A stretch of DNA of 64,000 bases from Escherichia phage SmurfNell. The notes under the pieces were generated by a model. The model saw only the letters and a list, made by a program, of their open reading frames with translations, was not told the DNA's origin and did not search any database. Shown here piece after piece: positions 20,415 to 29,806 of this stretch; position 1 is the stretch's first letter, and the number at the start of each line of letters is the position of its first letter. A program made the position numbers and the translations under genes. The stretch is from the sequence record OR896824.1, one strand, 5' to 3'.

Positions 20415-23365
20415 TGGCACTTAAAACTAAAATTATTGTACAGCAGATTCTGAACATAGACGACACTACAACTACTGCTAGTAAATATCCTAAGTATACG
20501 GTAGTTTTAGGTACTTCTATTAGTTCTATTACTGCTAGTGAACTAACAGGGGCTGTTGAGGCCTCTGCTGCTTCTGCTGCGGCAGCAAAAGATTCTGAAA
20601 TTGCAGCAAAAGAATCTGAAACAAATGCTAAGGACTCGGAGAACCTAGCTGCAATTTACGCTAACTCTTCAGAAACTTCTGCAACTCAATCTGCTGCTTC
20701 TGCTACTGAAGCGGAGAGACAAGCTGGTTTATCTAAAGATAGTGCTGATGCCTCTGCTACGTCAGCTGAGGAATCCAAAGGATTCCGTGATTCTGCTGAA
20801 CTTGCTGCACAAAATGCTGAACAGAGTCGTCTATTAGCTGAACAAGCTAAGAAGGACGCTGAGGCTGCTAAGACTGCTGCTGCTACTTCTGAGCAAAATG
20901 CTGCTACATCTGCTACTGAATCTACCAATCAGGCTATTGCTGCTGCTGGTTCTGCTACAGAGGCGGGAGAATACGCTACTACTGCAAAAGACTCCGAGAT
21001 AGCTGCTAAGACTTCAGAACTTAATGCTAAGAATTCTGAGAATGAATCTGCTATTTCTGCTGAAGCTTCAGAAGCTTCTGCTTCTCAGTCTGCTATTTCT
21101 GCTTCTCAATCTGCTGCATCCGCTACTAAAGCTGCAGAATCATCAGCTGCAGCAAAAATTAGTGAAACTACTGCTATAGAATCATCAGCTGCAGCAAAAA
21201 CTAGTGAGATTAATGCAAAAACTAGTGAGACTAATGCAAAAACTAGTGAGACTAATGCAGCAGCATATGCAGCAGCAGCAAAAACTAGTGAGACTAATGC
21301 TGCTGATTCCGCTGCCTCTGCTTCTGACTCCAAAGGATTCAGGGATGAAGCAGAAGCATTCGCTGCACAAGCCTCCACATCAGCATTAGCAGCAAAAAAC
21401 TCAGAAACTAATACAAAGACTAGTGAAATTAACTCAAAAGCTAGTGAAGACGCTGCTAAGCTAGCTCAGCAAAGTGCATCAGGTAGTGCGAATACAGCTA
21501 CGCAAGCGATGACCACAACCAAAGGCTACAGAGACGAAGCAGAGGTATTTAAAAATACCGCCACTACTGCTGCAACGACAGCAACAGACAAGGCCCTGGA
21601 GGCCGCTGGTAGCGCTACAATAGCAGGAGAGAAAGCTACTAATGCCACCAGTGCAGCAGATAGAGCGGAGACAGCGGCTGCATCAGCAGAACAGGTTATG
21701 CAAGCGTCGTTAAAGAAGGATCAAAACCTTAATGATCTTGCAAACAAAGACCTTGCAAGGGAGGCGCTAAAAGTTGAGGCTGTTAATTCTGTAAAAGATC
21801 AATATGCTGGCGCTTATAATTCTTTTCGTAATCCTGCATGGACTTATGAATTACGGATCGCTAACAATGGGGAATGGCGCGTTGCGCGTAATAACAATAA
21901 CAGCACATCTGCGCTTTCTATTGGTGCTGGCGGTACTGGTGCTGAAAACGTTGAGGGCGCAAAAATAAACTTTGGCATTGATCGTTTAAAGCAAACAGAA
22001 ACAGAAACTATGATGTATGCACCAGGGAGTAACTCACCTTATCGAATCACAATTAGACCTGATGCGGCGTGGGGTGTTTGGACTGATGAAACTGGAAGAT
22101 GGATTCCTCTTTCAATTGATGCTGGCGGCACTGGATCTAATACTGAAGTTGGAGCAAGAAAGAACTTAAATACTCCTGTTGGTGGTCAAGCAATTATTAT
22201 TCCTGATAATTCAAACATTCTTGGGTTTATGTCAACATACGCAGAAAGCGGTTATTACTCAAGCGGAGAACTTGTTACATATCAACCACCTGAAGCCTCT
22301 GGTTGGTGGATGTATGAATTGCATGTTCACCGTGAAAATGCAAACGGTCATGTTGAGTATGGAAATATTGTTGCAACCGCAATGAACGGTAATAAATGGG
22401 GTATCATTTGCAGTGCTGGCTCTTGGGGTGGATGGTACAGGATAGCAAGATCTGATAGGCAATTGATGTTATTAAGTCCTGATGCTCAATCGGCTCTTGG
22501 TGATTACTCTATAGCAATTGTGGATCATGATTCAGGTCTTAAATGGGATCGTGATGGTCACATAAGCGCGTTTGCTGATTCAGCGAGAATATTTGCATGG
22601 ACTCCATCAGGAATAAACACTTACAGGGTCATATCATCTTATGTTGATGATAACGCAAGGGGTATGTATGTAAATGGAGTTAGGCGCGGTGATCCAAACG
22701 CTCTTATTGCTGGTCAAGTTGAGGGTGGTTTATTTGCCGACTGGCGTAGTCGTGCGTCTGGATTGCTTGTTGAGCACACTGGATTTGATTCTGCGGTTGC
22801 CATATTTAAATCTGTTTATTGGGGGAAAGATTGGATAGCTGGCATGGATGTTGTTCCGTGGACTTCTGGCGGCGCTGAAACACATCTTCATGTTAAGGGC
22901 GCTGAATTTATTTTTGATAGTGCTGGAAATGGTAGCGCATCAAATTGGGTTAGCAGGTCTGACATTAGATTAAAAGCACATCTAAAAGAGATCGAAACGG
23001 CATCCGACAAAATTGATTATCTAACTGGTTATACTTACTACAAGCGCAACAATCTAATTGAAGATGAAAACAGCGTTTATAGTATTGAGGCTGGATTGAT
23101 CGCACAAGATGTTGAAAGGGTTTTGCCGGAAGCGGTTCATTCTTTGAATAACGATGGTCAGCTAGACCCAAAAGGCGAGGCAATCAAAGGCATTAACTAT
23201 AATGGTGTTGTCGCACTTCTTGTTAACGCATTCAAAGAGCAAAAAGCAAAGATTGATAATCAACAGGAGGAAATTAACGTATTACGCAATGAGTTATATG
23301 AACTGAAAAACCTTGTAAAATCAATGCTTAACGGAAATGCTCCAACAATTACAGAACTACCGTAA
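20414..23365 (+). CDS. ltf: L-shaped tail fibre with C-terminal intramolecular chaperone (S74-type) domain
   Basis: 983 aa; Ala/Ser/Glu-rich repetitive shaft; C-terminal ~135 aa carries SDIRLK (nt 22958-22975) then ...YNGVVALLVNAFKEQ...coiled coil, the signature of self-cleaving chaperone domains. Confidence 0.8.
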   Translation: MALKTKIIVQQILNIDDTTTTASKYPKYTVVLGTSISSITASELTGAVEASAASAAAAKDSEIAAKESETNAKDSENLAAIYANSSETSATQSAASATEAERQAGLSKDSADASATSAEESKGFRDSAELAAQNAEQSRLLAEQAKKDAEAAKTAAATSEQNAATSATESTNQAIAAAGSATEAGEYATTAKDSEIAAKTSELNAKNSENESAISAEASEASASQSAISASQSAASATKAAESSAAAKISETTAIESSAAAKTSEINAKTSETNAKTSETNAAAYAAAAKTSETNAADSAASASDSKGFRDEAEAFAAQASTSALAAKNSETNTKTSEINSKASEDAAKLAQQSASGSANTATQAMTTTKGYRDEAEVFKNTATTAATTATDKALEAAGSATIAGEKATNATSAADRAETAAASAEQVMQASLKKDQNLNDLANKDLAREALKVEAVNSVKDQYAGAYNSFRNPAWTYELRIANNGEWRVARNNNNSTSALSIGAGGTGAENVEGAKINFGIDRLKQTETETMMYAPGSNSPYRITIRPDAAWGVWTDETGRWIPLSIDAGGTGSNTEVGARKNLNTPVGGQAIIIPDNSNILGFMSTYAESGYYSSGELVTYQPPEASGWWMYELHVHRENANGHVEYGNIVATAMNGNKWGIICSAGSWGGWYRIARSDRQLMLLSPDAQSALGDYSIAIVDHDSGLKWDRDGHISAFADSARIFAWTPSGINTYRVISSYVDDNARGMYVNGVRRGDPNALIAGQVEGGLFADWRSRASGLLVEHTGFDSAVAIFKSVYWGKDWIAGMDVVPWTSGGAETHLHVKGAEFIFDSAGNGSASNWVSRSDIRLKAHLKEIETASDKIDYLTGYTYYKRNNLIEDENSVYSIEAGLIAQDVERVLPEAVHSLNNDGQLDPKGEAIKGINYNGVVALLVNAFKEQKAKIDNQQEEINVLRNELYELKNLVKSMLNGNAPTITELP
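21137..21300 (+). repeat. Tandem 21-bp direct repeats inside tail fibre gene
   Basis: GCAAAAACTAGTGAGACTAAT repeated at 21215, 21236 and 21278, with a diverged copy at 21194, encoding AKTSETN units. Confidence 0.8.
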
Positions 23366-23504
23366 TATAAGTGGAGTGCAATCTGTCACTGAAAAATATT
23401 GCTGCGAAACAAGCCTGAACATTGATTATCCTAGCAACGCAACGCGTGTTCTGCTATGTTAACAGTTCGCTGATTCTTAGGCTGTTCTTATGTACAATAT
23501 GAAA

Positions 23505-23570
23505 ACGCAAAATGCAAAATGCAAAATGCAAGAGGTTCGTTTTGCACCCTCTCAAAAAAAAAAAAAAAGA
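23505..23570 (+). repeat. (GCAAAAT)x4 tandem heptamer plus A15 homopolymer in noncoding spacer
   Basis: ACGCAAAATGCAAAATGCAAAATGCAAGAGG then 15 consecutive A at about 23555-23570. Confidence 0.8.
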
Positions 23571-23617
23571 TTAATAAAATAAAGGAATTAGTAAAACAAC
23601 TCCTTACTAAATAAGAG

Positions 23618-23653
23618 AAAACCCCAGTGGACAATCCACTGGGGTTTATTATT
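23618..23653. terminator. Bidirectional rho-independent terminator between convergent modules
   Basis: Perfect CCCCAGTGGA-CAA-TCCACTGGGG hairpin with AAAA upstream and TTTATTATT downstream. Confidence 0.8.
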
Positions 23654-23918
23654 ATCTACTACCTGCAATACTACCTAAGTTATATACTGCTAGCATGGCT
23701 TTAAGCATATGATCTTGAGATTCAGTGCAAAGTGCGATAAATCCTTCTTCATCCCACTGTTCTACTACACCAGATGCACCAACTCTCAGTACTATTTTCT
23801 CAGGTTCAACGTATTTAACGTCAATCTTGTAAAAGTTAGATTGATCTACGCCTACTCCTACCATAGTAGGACCAACAAAATTACTTACTTCCTGAGCTTC
23901 CAAAGCCGCCTTCTCCAC
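23652..23918 (-). CDS. Hypothetical small protein overlapping dut 3' end
   Basis: 88 codons from GTG at 23918 with GAGGAG 7 nt upstream; fills the gap between dut stop and terminator. Confidence 0.35.
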   Translation of the reverse strand: MEKAALEAQEVSNFVGPTMVGVGVDQSNFYKIDVKYVEPEKIVLRVGASGVVEQWDEEGFIALCTESQDHMLKAMLAVYNLGSIAGSR

Positions 23919-24327
23919 GATCAGTCTCCTCTAGTTCGTCAACGATTTCAAAATGATGAGTTGAGTAGTGTGGTAGTACCACTAACTGACAAAGTCTCTC
24001 GAAATTCTCCAGAGTTTGCATTTCAGAACCGTAGTTATAAAGGTTCATCTTAATAGTACCACGGTAGTCTGAGTCGATCACTCCTGCGGTGTTTGCGATC
24101 ATCAGTTTACGCTTACCTAAAGAGCTGCGAGGAACTACCAAACCAAACCAACCTCGCGGAATTTCCACCGCGACACCGGTGTCAATCATAAGGGATTTGC
24201 CTGGTGCAATAGCACGTAAATCTGCTGCAAGGTTAGTACCGAAGAATGCACGCAGATCCATACCTGCGGCATCATCAGAACCAATCTTCGGCATGCAATC
24301 TGGATGAGTTAGTTTAATTTTAATCAT
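23881..24327 (-). CDS. dut: dUTP diphosphatase
   Basis: AGMDLRA, RSSLG, GVIDSDYRG and C-terminal GGFGSSG match the five dUTPase motifs. Confidence 0.9.
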   Translation of the reverse strand: MIKIKLTHPDCMPKIGSDDAAGMDLRAFFGTNLAADLRAIAPGKSLMIDTGVAVEIPRGWFGLVVPRSSLGKRKLMIANTAGVIDSDYRGTIKMNLYNYGSEMQTLENFERLCQLVVLPHYSTHHFEIVDELEETDRGEGGFGSSGSK

Positions 24328-25199
24328 TGTCCTGCGATCTCCAAAATATCTTTCGTAAACTTATCTAATACGTCTTGACCTACAGCAGCAATAGCATCTA
24401 CACAATAGGTCGGTAAATCAACCAGAATCAAGTTTCGGAAAAGCAACTCCTCCGATGCGTTCAGATTCTGTATATATTTCTGTTTCCCAGGCAACGGGAG
24501 TTGATCAATAATATCCAGAACATTACCAAATTCACGTATAATATTATAACCACGTTTCGCACCAATTCCTTCAACACCACGGATGTTATCGCCTAGATCT
24601 CCCATAATTGCTTTCAGAGAGATAAACTGGTCAACATCATCAACGTTGTGATGTTCATACATATCACGAAGATGATATTCACGACGTGTGGTAAAGGAGA
24701 AGCGAGAAACTCGATCGGTTAATAGAGTATCCCAGTCACCATCGGTAGAAATCAGCCAAACGTGATCGTATAAATGACCAATGAGCTTAACAATATAAGC
24801 TGCCATATCATCTGCTTCTACACCACGAATAGTAAAGGTTGGAAATGTGGTTTCACACAATTCGAAAGCATCACGAAGATATTCGAAGAACTGTTCATCT
24901 AGTGCTTTCTCTTCTTCTGTACGTTGAGCATACTTTTCATCACGATTTCCTTTATAATCAGGAAGATGCTCCAAACGGAATGCAGACTTTCCTTTATCAC
25001 CTAGAACGATTGTAGTTCTAGCAGAATAAGATTTTGCTAGAGATTGAATTGTAGAAACATAACTTGATGCGAATGGTTTCTTACTATTATTATGCTTGAA
25101 GCGGAAGCCTAAGTTAGTTCCGTCAACAATCATTAGGTTGCGACGAGAAGCCAGCTCAGCTTCTTCCTCTTCAATAAATTTTCCCCAGGATTTACTCAT
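24324..25199 (-). CDS. Flap endonuclease / 5'-3' exonuclease
   Basis: 291 aa; N-terminal LMIVDGTNLGFR and acidic clusters of FEN/5' nuclease domain; size equals T5 5' exonuclease as I recall it. Confidence 0.85.
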   Translation of the reverse strand: MSKSWGKFIEEEEAELASRRNLMIVDGTNLGFRFKHNNSKKPFASSYVSTIQSLAKSYSARTTIVLGDKGKSAFRLEHLPDYKGNRDEKYAQRTEEEKALDEQFFEYLRDAFELCETTFPTFTIRGVEADDMAAYIVKLIGHLYDHVWLISTDGDWDTLLTDRVSRFSFTTRREYHLRDMYEHHNVDDVDQFISLKAIMGDLGDNIRGVEGIGAKRGYNIIREFGNVLDIIDQLPLPGKQKYIQNLNASEELLFRNLILVDLPTYCVDAIAAVGQDVLDKFTKDILEIAGQ

Positions 25200-25681
25200 T
25201 ATTTAATTAAGTCCTCAACAGATACGTGATGTAACCATGGTTCGAATAACCCGATTACGATTTCCATGTCTTTCTTATGTAACACCATATGGGTACGACT
25301 CATTAAGTCATCTACCATCGGGTCTGAGCTATCCAAAGCAATTAACCACTGTCCTCTGTCTTTCTTGAATATTAAAGCTGGTTTGGAGTTCATCTGCTCA
25401 CCTTCACGTGAGCACTGCTGCCACCACTTCTCTAGAGTGGATTCACCAACATTAAATAAGTTACTTGAAATGCTATCATCTTTATACCACTTAACTTCGA
25501 AGCAGTATTTACTAATGTGTCCGCTTTGTGGTGGAAGGTAGATGTCACCCTTCAGTCCATGGCTCTGGCCAAAAGCACCAGAGCCTGGAACACGTTCCCA
25601 CTCAAGACCTGTACGTTCACGCAGTATATCTCTTACCTGATATTCACCACGTTTACCTTTCTCTCTACTATCTACGGCCAT
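25199..25681 (-). CDS. Putative PD-(D/E)xK nuclease (resolvase-like)
   Basis: 160 aa; GKRGEYQVRDIL...GDIYL...FEVKWYK resembles the E...D...E-x-K arrangement of Hjc-type resolvases. Confidence 0.4.
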   Translation of the reverse strand: MAVDSREKGKRGEYQVRDILRERTGLEWERVPGSGAFGQSHGLKGDIYLPPQSGHISKYCFEVKWYKDDSISSNLFNVGESTLEKWWQQCSREGEQMNSKPALIFKKDRGQWLIALDSSDPMVDDLMSRTHMVLHKKDMEIVIGLFEPWLHHVSVEDLIK

Positions 25682-25684
25682 GTT

Positions 25685-27523
25685 TTATTCTAAGTAGGAA
25701 AATCCTTCTGCATCTTTTTTGACAGTAATCTTATGGGCTAATGGATGCGTATGCCCATGAGAAACAATGATAGAATTCAGACTATCTTCCTCATTTAATA
25801 ATTCAACTAGAGTATCAAGTCCTTTCGTATCAATAAAGCTAATAACTTCATCAAGGAACAGAAGATTAATATTAACTTTACTAATAGATGTTAACAGCAT
25901 TCGAATTGCTAGCAGAGTTGCTAGGTTAATTCTACTTTGCTGACCAGTAGAACAGTTCTCCATACTGGTACGGTTTCCATCATTGAAGATTACTACTTGT
26001 AATTTCGTTTCATCAAGCTCAAATCCAAGTGCGAACTTACCACCAGTCATAATAGAAAGATATTTATTAATTAATTCCTCAAATACTTTCACACTATGTT
26101 CTAGTTTATATCCTACTAGATTTTTCAATGCGGCAATCAGAATATCAAGATCAGCGACAGCTTCTGATACTCCATCCAGTTTGGACGTTATCTCAGACAT
26201 TTCTGCCTCAGCTTTCTCAATCTGTTCTAGTTTCGCTTTATACTTTGCATTGGCTAACTCGACATTTGCATTATGCTCTTTGGCAATTGCAACTTTAGAA
26301 CGTCCATCTGCGATTTCCTGTTCTAATTGTCGGATTTGCACCTGTAGGATTTGCACATTGAGTTCTTCAAAAGAAGCATCACTCATTGAATTTTTGAACT
26401 CGTCCCTAGCTGCTATTGCCTTATCCAAAGCATCCTTAGCTCTAGTATACGCAGTGTACTCGACTTGTTCTTTCTTCAACTGCTCTAGCGTAGCTTCAAG
26501 AGATTGCTTCTCTTTAAATAGAGGATCATACTCTGTTCTAGCCATATCCATTGCTTTTTGAGCAGCAGTTGTATCAAGATGAGTGCCACAAGTAGGACAT
26601 TCAGTATTTGAAGCCTCTTGCTTGAACTTCTGATAACGTTTCTTGACTTCTCCCGCACGTGAGGTAACAATCGTTAGGTCACGCGTAACACTTGAGATCT
26701 CTTCAGATTGGTCAGTGGGCGCAGGGAAATTTTTGAAAGGCTCGAAAGATTGTTCGGCAACTTGTACAGCTTTGTCCAAATTACGGAGTTTAGTAATATT
26801 AGCCTCTTGTGACTTGGCTAATGCCGCCTTAATTTTCGATTCAGTAAGTTCTTGTGCTAACGGTTCTTCATCAAACTCTGGAACTTCGACTGGCTCCTGT
26901 AAACTTCCGAGATTACCTTTTCCATTAAGGATCTTCGTAATTACGGCCATCTGGCCTTGCAAGTTACTTAACGTACTTGCCACTTCTTTACGATCAGCCT
27001 TAATAGTTTCTGACATCTCTTTATACTGTTCCTGATTGAACAGATTAACAAGAAAAGCTTTACGCGTTGCATCAGTTGCTTTGAGGAAGTCTAGATTGGA
27101 ACCAACAGATTGATAGATCAGTTTAGTGAATGTTTGGAAGTCACCACCCATAATCTCTTCAATCATCTTGTACGTTTGAGTTGCTGTGTGCCCACTGATA
27201 TCTTCTCCGTTCTTAATCAGCGTAACCTTAGCAGTTGATTTAACTACTTTATGCAATTCATACTCATCTTCATCTTTCGAGAAGTAAGCGTGCATATCAT
27301 ACTCTTTCTTCGGAGAACCCCAAGAGAATAGAGCGTCCTTCTTGATACCACGTGAGTTCTTGTTATAAAACAATTCCTCAATAACAGTAGCAATAGTGGA
27401 CTTCCCTAGACCGTTTCCTCCTATTAACTGAGTAACTGTATTCTTATCGAAATGAATTACGATATCCTTACCGTAAGACATAACGTTGCTGAATTTTAGT
27501 GTCTTAATTGTAATCTTTGACAT
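25685..27523 (-). CDS. SbcC/Rad50-like recombination ATPase
   Basis: Walker A GGNGLGKST, long coiled coil with CPTCGT zinc hook, C-terminal LLFLDEVISFID; start placed at internal ATG 27523. Confidence 0.8.
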   Translation of the reverse strand: MSKITIKTLKFSNVMSYGKDIVIHFDKNTVTQLIGGNGLGKSTIATVIEELFYNKNSRGIKKDALFSWGSPKKEYDMHAYFSKDEDEYELHKVVKSTAKVTLIKNGEDISGHTATQTYKMIEEIMGGDFQTFTKLIYQSVGSNLDFLKATDATRKAFLVNLFNQEQYKEMSETIKADRKEVASTLSNLQGQMAVITKILNGKGNLGSLQEPVEVPEFDEEPLAQELTESKIKAALAKSQEANITKLRNLDKAVQVAEQSFEPFKNFPAPTDQSEEISSVTRDLTIVTSRAGEVKKRYQKFKQEASNTECPTCGTHLDTTAAQKAMDMARTEYDPLFKEKQSLEATLEQLKKEQVEYTAYTRAKDALDKAIAARDEFKNSMSDASFEELNVQILQVQIRQLEQEIADGRSKVAIAKEHNANVELANAKYKAKLEQIEKAEAEMSEITSKLDGVSEAVADLDILIAALKNLVGYKLEHSVKVFEELINKYLSIMTGGKFALGFELDETKLQVVIFNDGNRTSMENCSTGQQSRINLATLLAIRMLLTSISKVNINLLFLDEVISFIDTKGLDTLVELLNEEDSLNSIIVSHGHTHPLAHKITVKKDAEGFSYLE

Positions 27524-28481
27524 ATTTAGCAGCTCTAGCCAAGATTCTATCAATGTCGTCCTGAGACAGCTTTTCAACTTCACGGAAGTAAAGTTCAAGT
27601 TCGCCTAGCATATCAAGATCAACAAGATTTAACTTAGCATCTTTAGTAACTCGATGGTTAATCTTTTTATCTAAGAGATCGGAATCTTTAATAGATTTTA
27701 ACTGAACGACGTCACCAGTGACTTCATAGATTACACGGTCATAGTCACTAGGCTCCATTTCCTCACCAACTCCGATTGTTTTACGAATCAGTTGGGGTAA
27801 GTCACCAAGTTCAATCCATTCTACTTTTAATGTATCGGTATCAATGATAAAACAACCATTTGTACCTTTTGTGCGTTCTCTGTGGAACGATGTAGTTAAT
27901 GGAGATCCTGGATAAAGAAGTCTAGTAGAACCAACAGTTTGACTATTAGTATAAGAATGTAAATCGCCAGCAATTACAGTGTCATAACAGTTATACCTCG
28001 TTAGATCAATCTCTGGTTTTACATGTGGAGGGATTTCACCACGAACATGCGTGAAACATAATTTTGATTCAGATGGTTTCCACTTTGGTTTGTGAATTTC
28101 ATCGTAAGGGATAATATCAAATTCAGGAGAACGATATGGTTTAGTAATGACTTCCCAATTTCCGTTTGTTACTTTATTAATAACTCCTGCATAATGATAC
28201 AGACATGAAATAGTTTTAGTTAACATTTCATGGTTCCCAGTGAAGATCTTGCCTGGATGGTCAAGTCTTGACATGAACTGTTCAAGAAGTTCTATTTCTT
28301 CCGACGATGGGTCGGCAACATCAAGAATATCACCACCAGCAATATGCAGATCACAGTTATGATTATGGAATATGTCATTTAACCGTTCTCCTAACATCAG
28401 GAAGCGACGCTTCTGCCATTCCTTTGGAACTTTATCTTGTCCTAATTTGATATGATGATCAGCACTAAATAATATTCTCAT
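27504..28481 (-). CDS. SbcD/Mre11-like nuclease
   Basis: N-terminal MRILFSADHH and GDILD, GNHE phosphoesterase motifs; adjacent to SbcC-like gene. Confidence 0.8.
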   Translation of the reverse strand: MRILFSADHHIKLGQDKVPKEWQKRRFLMLGERLNDIFHNHNCDLHIAGGDILDVADPSSEEIELLEQFMSRLDHPGKIFTGNHEMLTKTISCLYHYAGVINKVTNGNWEVITKPYRSPEFDIIPYDEIHKPKWKPSESKLCFTHVRGEIPPHVKPEIDLTRYNCYDTVIAGDLHSYTNSQTVGSTRLLYPGSPLTTSFHRERTKGTNGCFIIDTDTLKVEWIELGDLPQLIRKTIGVGEEMEPSDYDRVIYEVTGDVVQLKSIKDSDLLDKKINHRVTKDAKLNLVDLDMLGELELYFREVEKLSQDDIDRILARAAKYVKDYN

Positions 28482-28520
28482 AAGTTAAAAAGAAAGGGAG
28501 CCGTAGCTCCCCTTGGTTTA

Positions 28521-29294
28521 TTAGTCGTCCAGATCGCTAGCAGCTTCAGCGTCGATGCCTTTCTGAGAACCAGCATCACCACCAGACTTAGCGTCACCGC
28601 CGTCTTGCTTCTCACGACCTTCCATGAAGGCGAGAATAGCTTCTTTCTGCTCTTCGTAGGACGGAACCGGGTAGGTTTCTTCCAGAGAAGGAACTTTTTC
28701 AAACTTGATGAACTCACCAGTATCATCACACATAGCTTCACCGAGAATATCGGCATCTGCGGCGTGCAGTTTAGCTTCTGCGCTAGTAGGATCTTTCAGA
28801 GCCATCTGGAACTGCATTGCTGCGATCTGCTGTACATCGTACTCAGTATCGAAGCCTTTACCTTTCTTCTCGATAGAAATATCGATATCGAACGGGTCGG
28901 ACAGTTTCAGCTGCTTCATGATAGACTGGATGCCTTTCAGGATAGTAGCTTTAACTTCCATAACTTTCAGTTTGTTATCAGAACGGTCGATAACGAAAGC
29001 GATGTAGTTTTTCTTCGGTTTCAGCGGAACACGATTACCATCTTTGTCCAGCTCTTTCTCGAAGAAACCCATTTCGTGAATCGGGTCAGCTTTACCGCGA
29101 ACGAAGCTCTCTTTAGTACGGTTAAAACGCAGGCACTCAAACGGAGCCGCATTACCATCTTTGTTAGTCAGCCAGTAGACATAACGCGGAAGAACACCAG
29201 AAACGATACGAACACGAGTTACACCGTTGTTGAATTTCAGGAAGTCGATTTTATCGTTAGAACCGCCAGTAGTTTCGCCCCAAGACTTAGCCAT
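28521..29294 (-). CDS. Hypothetical protein with acidic C-terminal tail
   Basis: 257 aa ending DGGDAKSGGDAGSQKGIDAEAASDLDD; SD upstream; sits within replication/recombination cluster. Confidence 0.5.
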   Translation of the reverse strand: MAKSWGETTGGSNDKIDFLKFNNGVTRVRIVSGVLPRYVYWLTNKDGNAAPFECLRFNRTKESFVRGKADPIHEMGFFEKELDKDGNRVPLKPKKNYIAFVIDRSDNKLKVMEVKATILKGIQSIMKQLKLSDPFDIDISIEKKGKGFDTEYDVQQIAAMQFQMALKDPTSAEAKLHAADADILGEAMCDDTGEFIKFEKVPSLEETYPVPSYEEQKEAILAFMEGREKQDGGDAKSGGDAGSQKGIDAEAASDLDD

Positions 29295-29649
29295 ATTTTA
29301 TTTCCTCTTTAAAGATTATCTTCGATTTATTGATTGCAATTAGTGGGTTAGTGTCGATTACAGAACGTGGTATCCATATGGGAACATATTGCATGTCCAA
29401 ACTCGGATCGTTTGTAAACTTATATTCGGCATAATTTCGTAGACTTAGAATTCCTAGATATTCTGCCAGTTGTCTATTAGACAATTTGTAAGGGTTATCA
29501 ACAATAGTTGATTCATTCAAGATGAATGAAGAACCGACCAGTAACTGGTGAGCATCAGGCTCTGCAAGCATTCTATTAAATAGCTTGACAATCAGGTCGG
29601 AGTTTCCTCTAGCTAAGAGGTAAATTCTCTCGTAATCAAAGAATTTCAT
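29287..29649 (-). CDS. Hypothetical protein with possible HTH
   Basis: 120 aa; YKLSNRQLAEYLGILSLRNY resembles a helix-turn-helix; own promoters upstream. Confidence 0.45.
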   Translation of the reverse strand: MKFFDYERIYLLARGNSDLIVKLFNRMLAEPDAHQLLVGSSFILNESTIVDNPYKLSNRQLAEYLGILSLRNYAEYKFTNDPSLDMQYVPIWIPRSVIDTNPLIAINKSKIIFKEEIKYG

Positions 29650-29676
29650 TTTTGTCTCTCATCAATTTATGTATAT

Positions 29677-29706
29677 ATTATACATTAAATCGGGAGGATT
29701 TGACAA
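29677..29706 (-). promoter_or_regulatory. Sigma70-type promoter (proximal)
   Basis: Minus strand reads TTGTCA, 18-nt spacer, TATAAT, then leader ATATACATAAATTGATGAGAGACAAAAATG. Confidence 0.55.
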
Positions 29707-29777
29707 GTACAATTTTTATTTTTCTGCTTCGGACTTTCTTATCAATCCGAAACTTTCTCTCTCAAATTTATGTGTAT

Positions 29778-29806
29778 ATTATACAATAATTATGAGCAGT
29801 TGCCAA
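29778..29806 (-). promoter_or_regulatory. Sigma70-type promoter (distal, tandem)
   Basis: Minus strand reads TTGGCA, 17-nt spacer, TATAAT, followed by ACATAAATTTGAGAGAG leader box; overlaps 3' end of helicase ORF. Confidence 0.45.

Noticed and set aside
21106-21389. Several 60-90 aa ORFs on both strands inside the tail fibre repeats
   Set aside because: Products of the low-complexity repeat region (poly-Ala/Ser/Leu translations); not independent genes
25225-25245. GGTTCGAAT motif resembling a tRNA T-loop
   Set aside because: Lies in-frame within a protein-coding gene and has no surrounding acceptor/anticodon stem complementarity; no tRNA called anywhere in the window
28605-29312. 235-aa plus-strand ORF antisense to the acidic-tail protein gene
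   Set aside because: Antisense shadow ORF of a gene with SD and operon context; no start signals of its own
29719-29745. Hairpin between tandem promoters as a rho-independent terminator
   Set aside because: Only a 6-bp stem, and on the transcribed minus strand it is followed by an A-rich rather than U-rich tract
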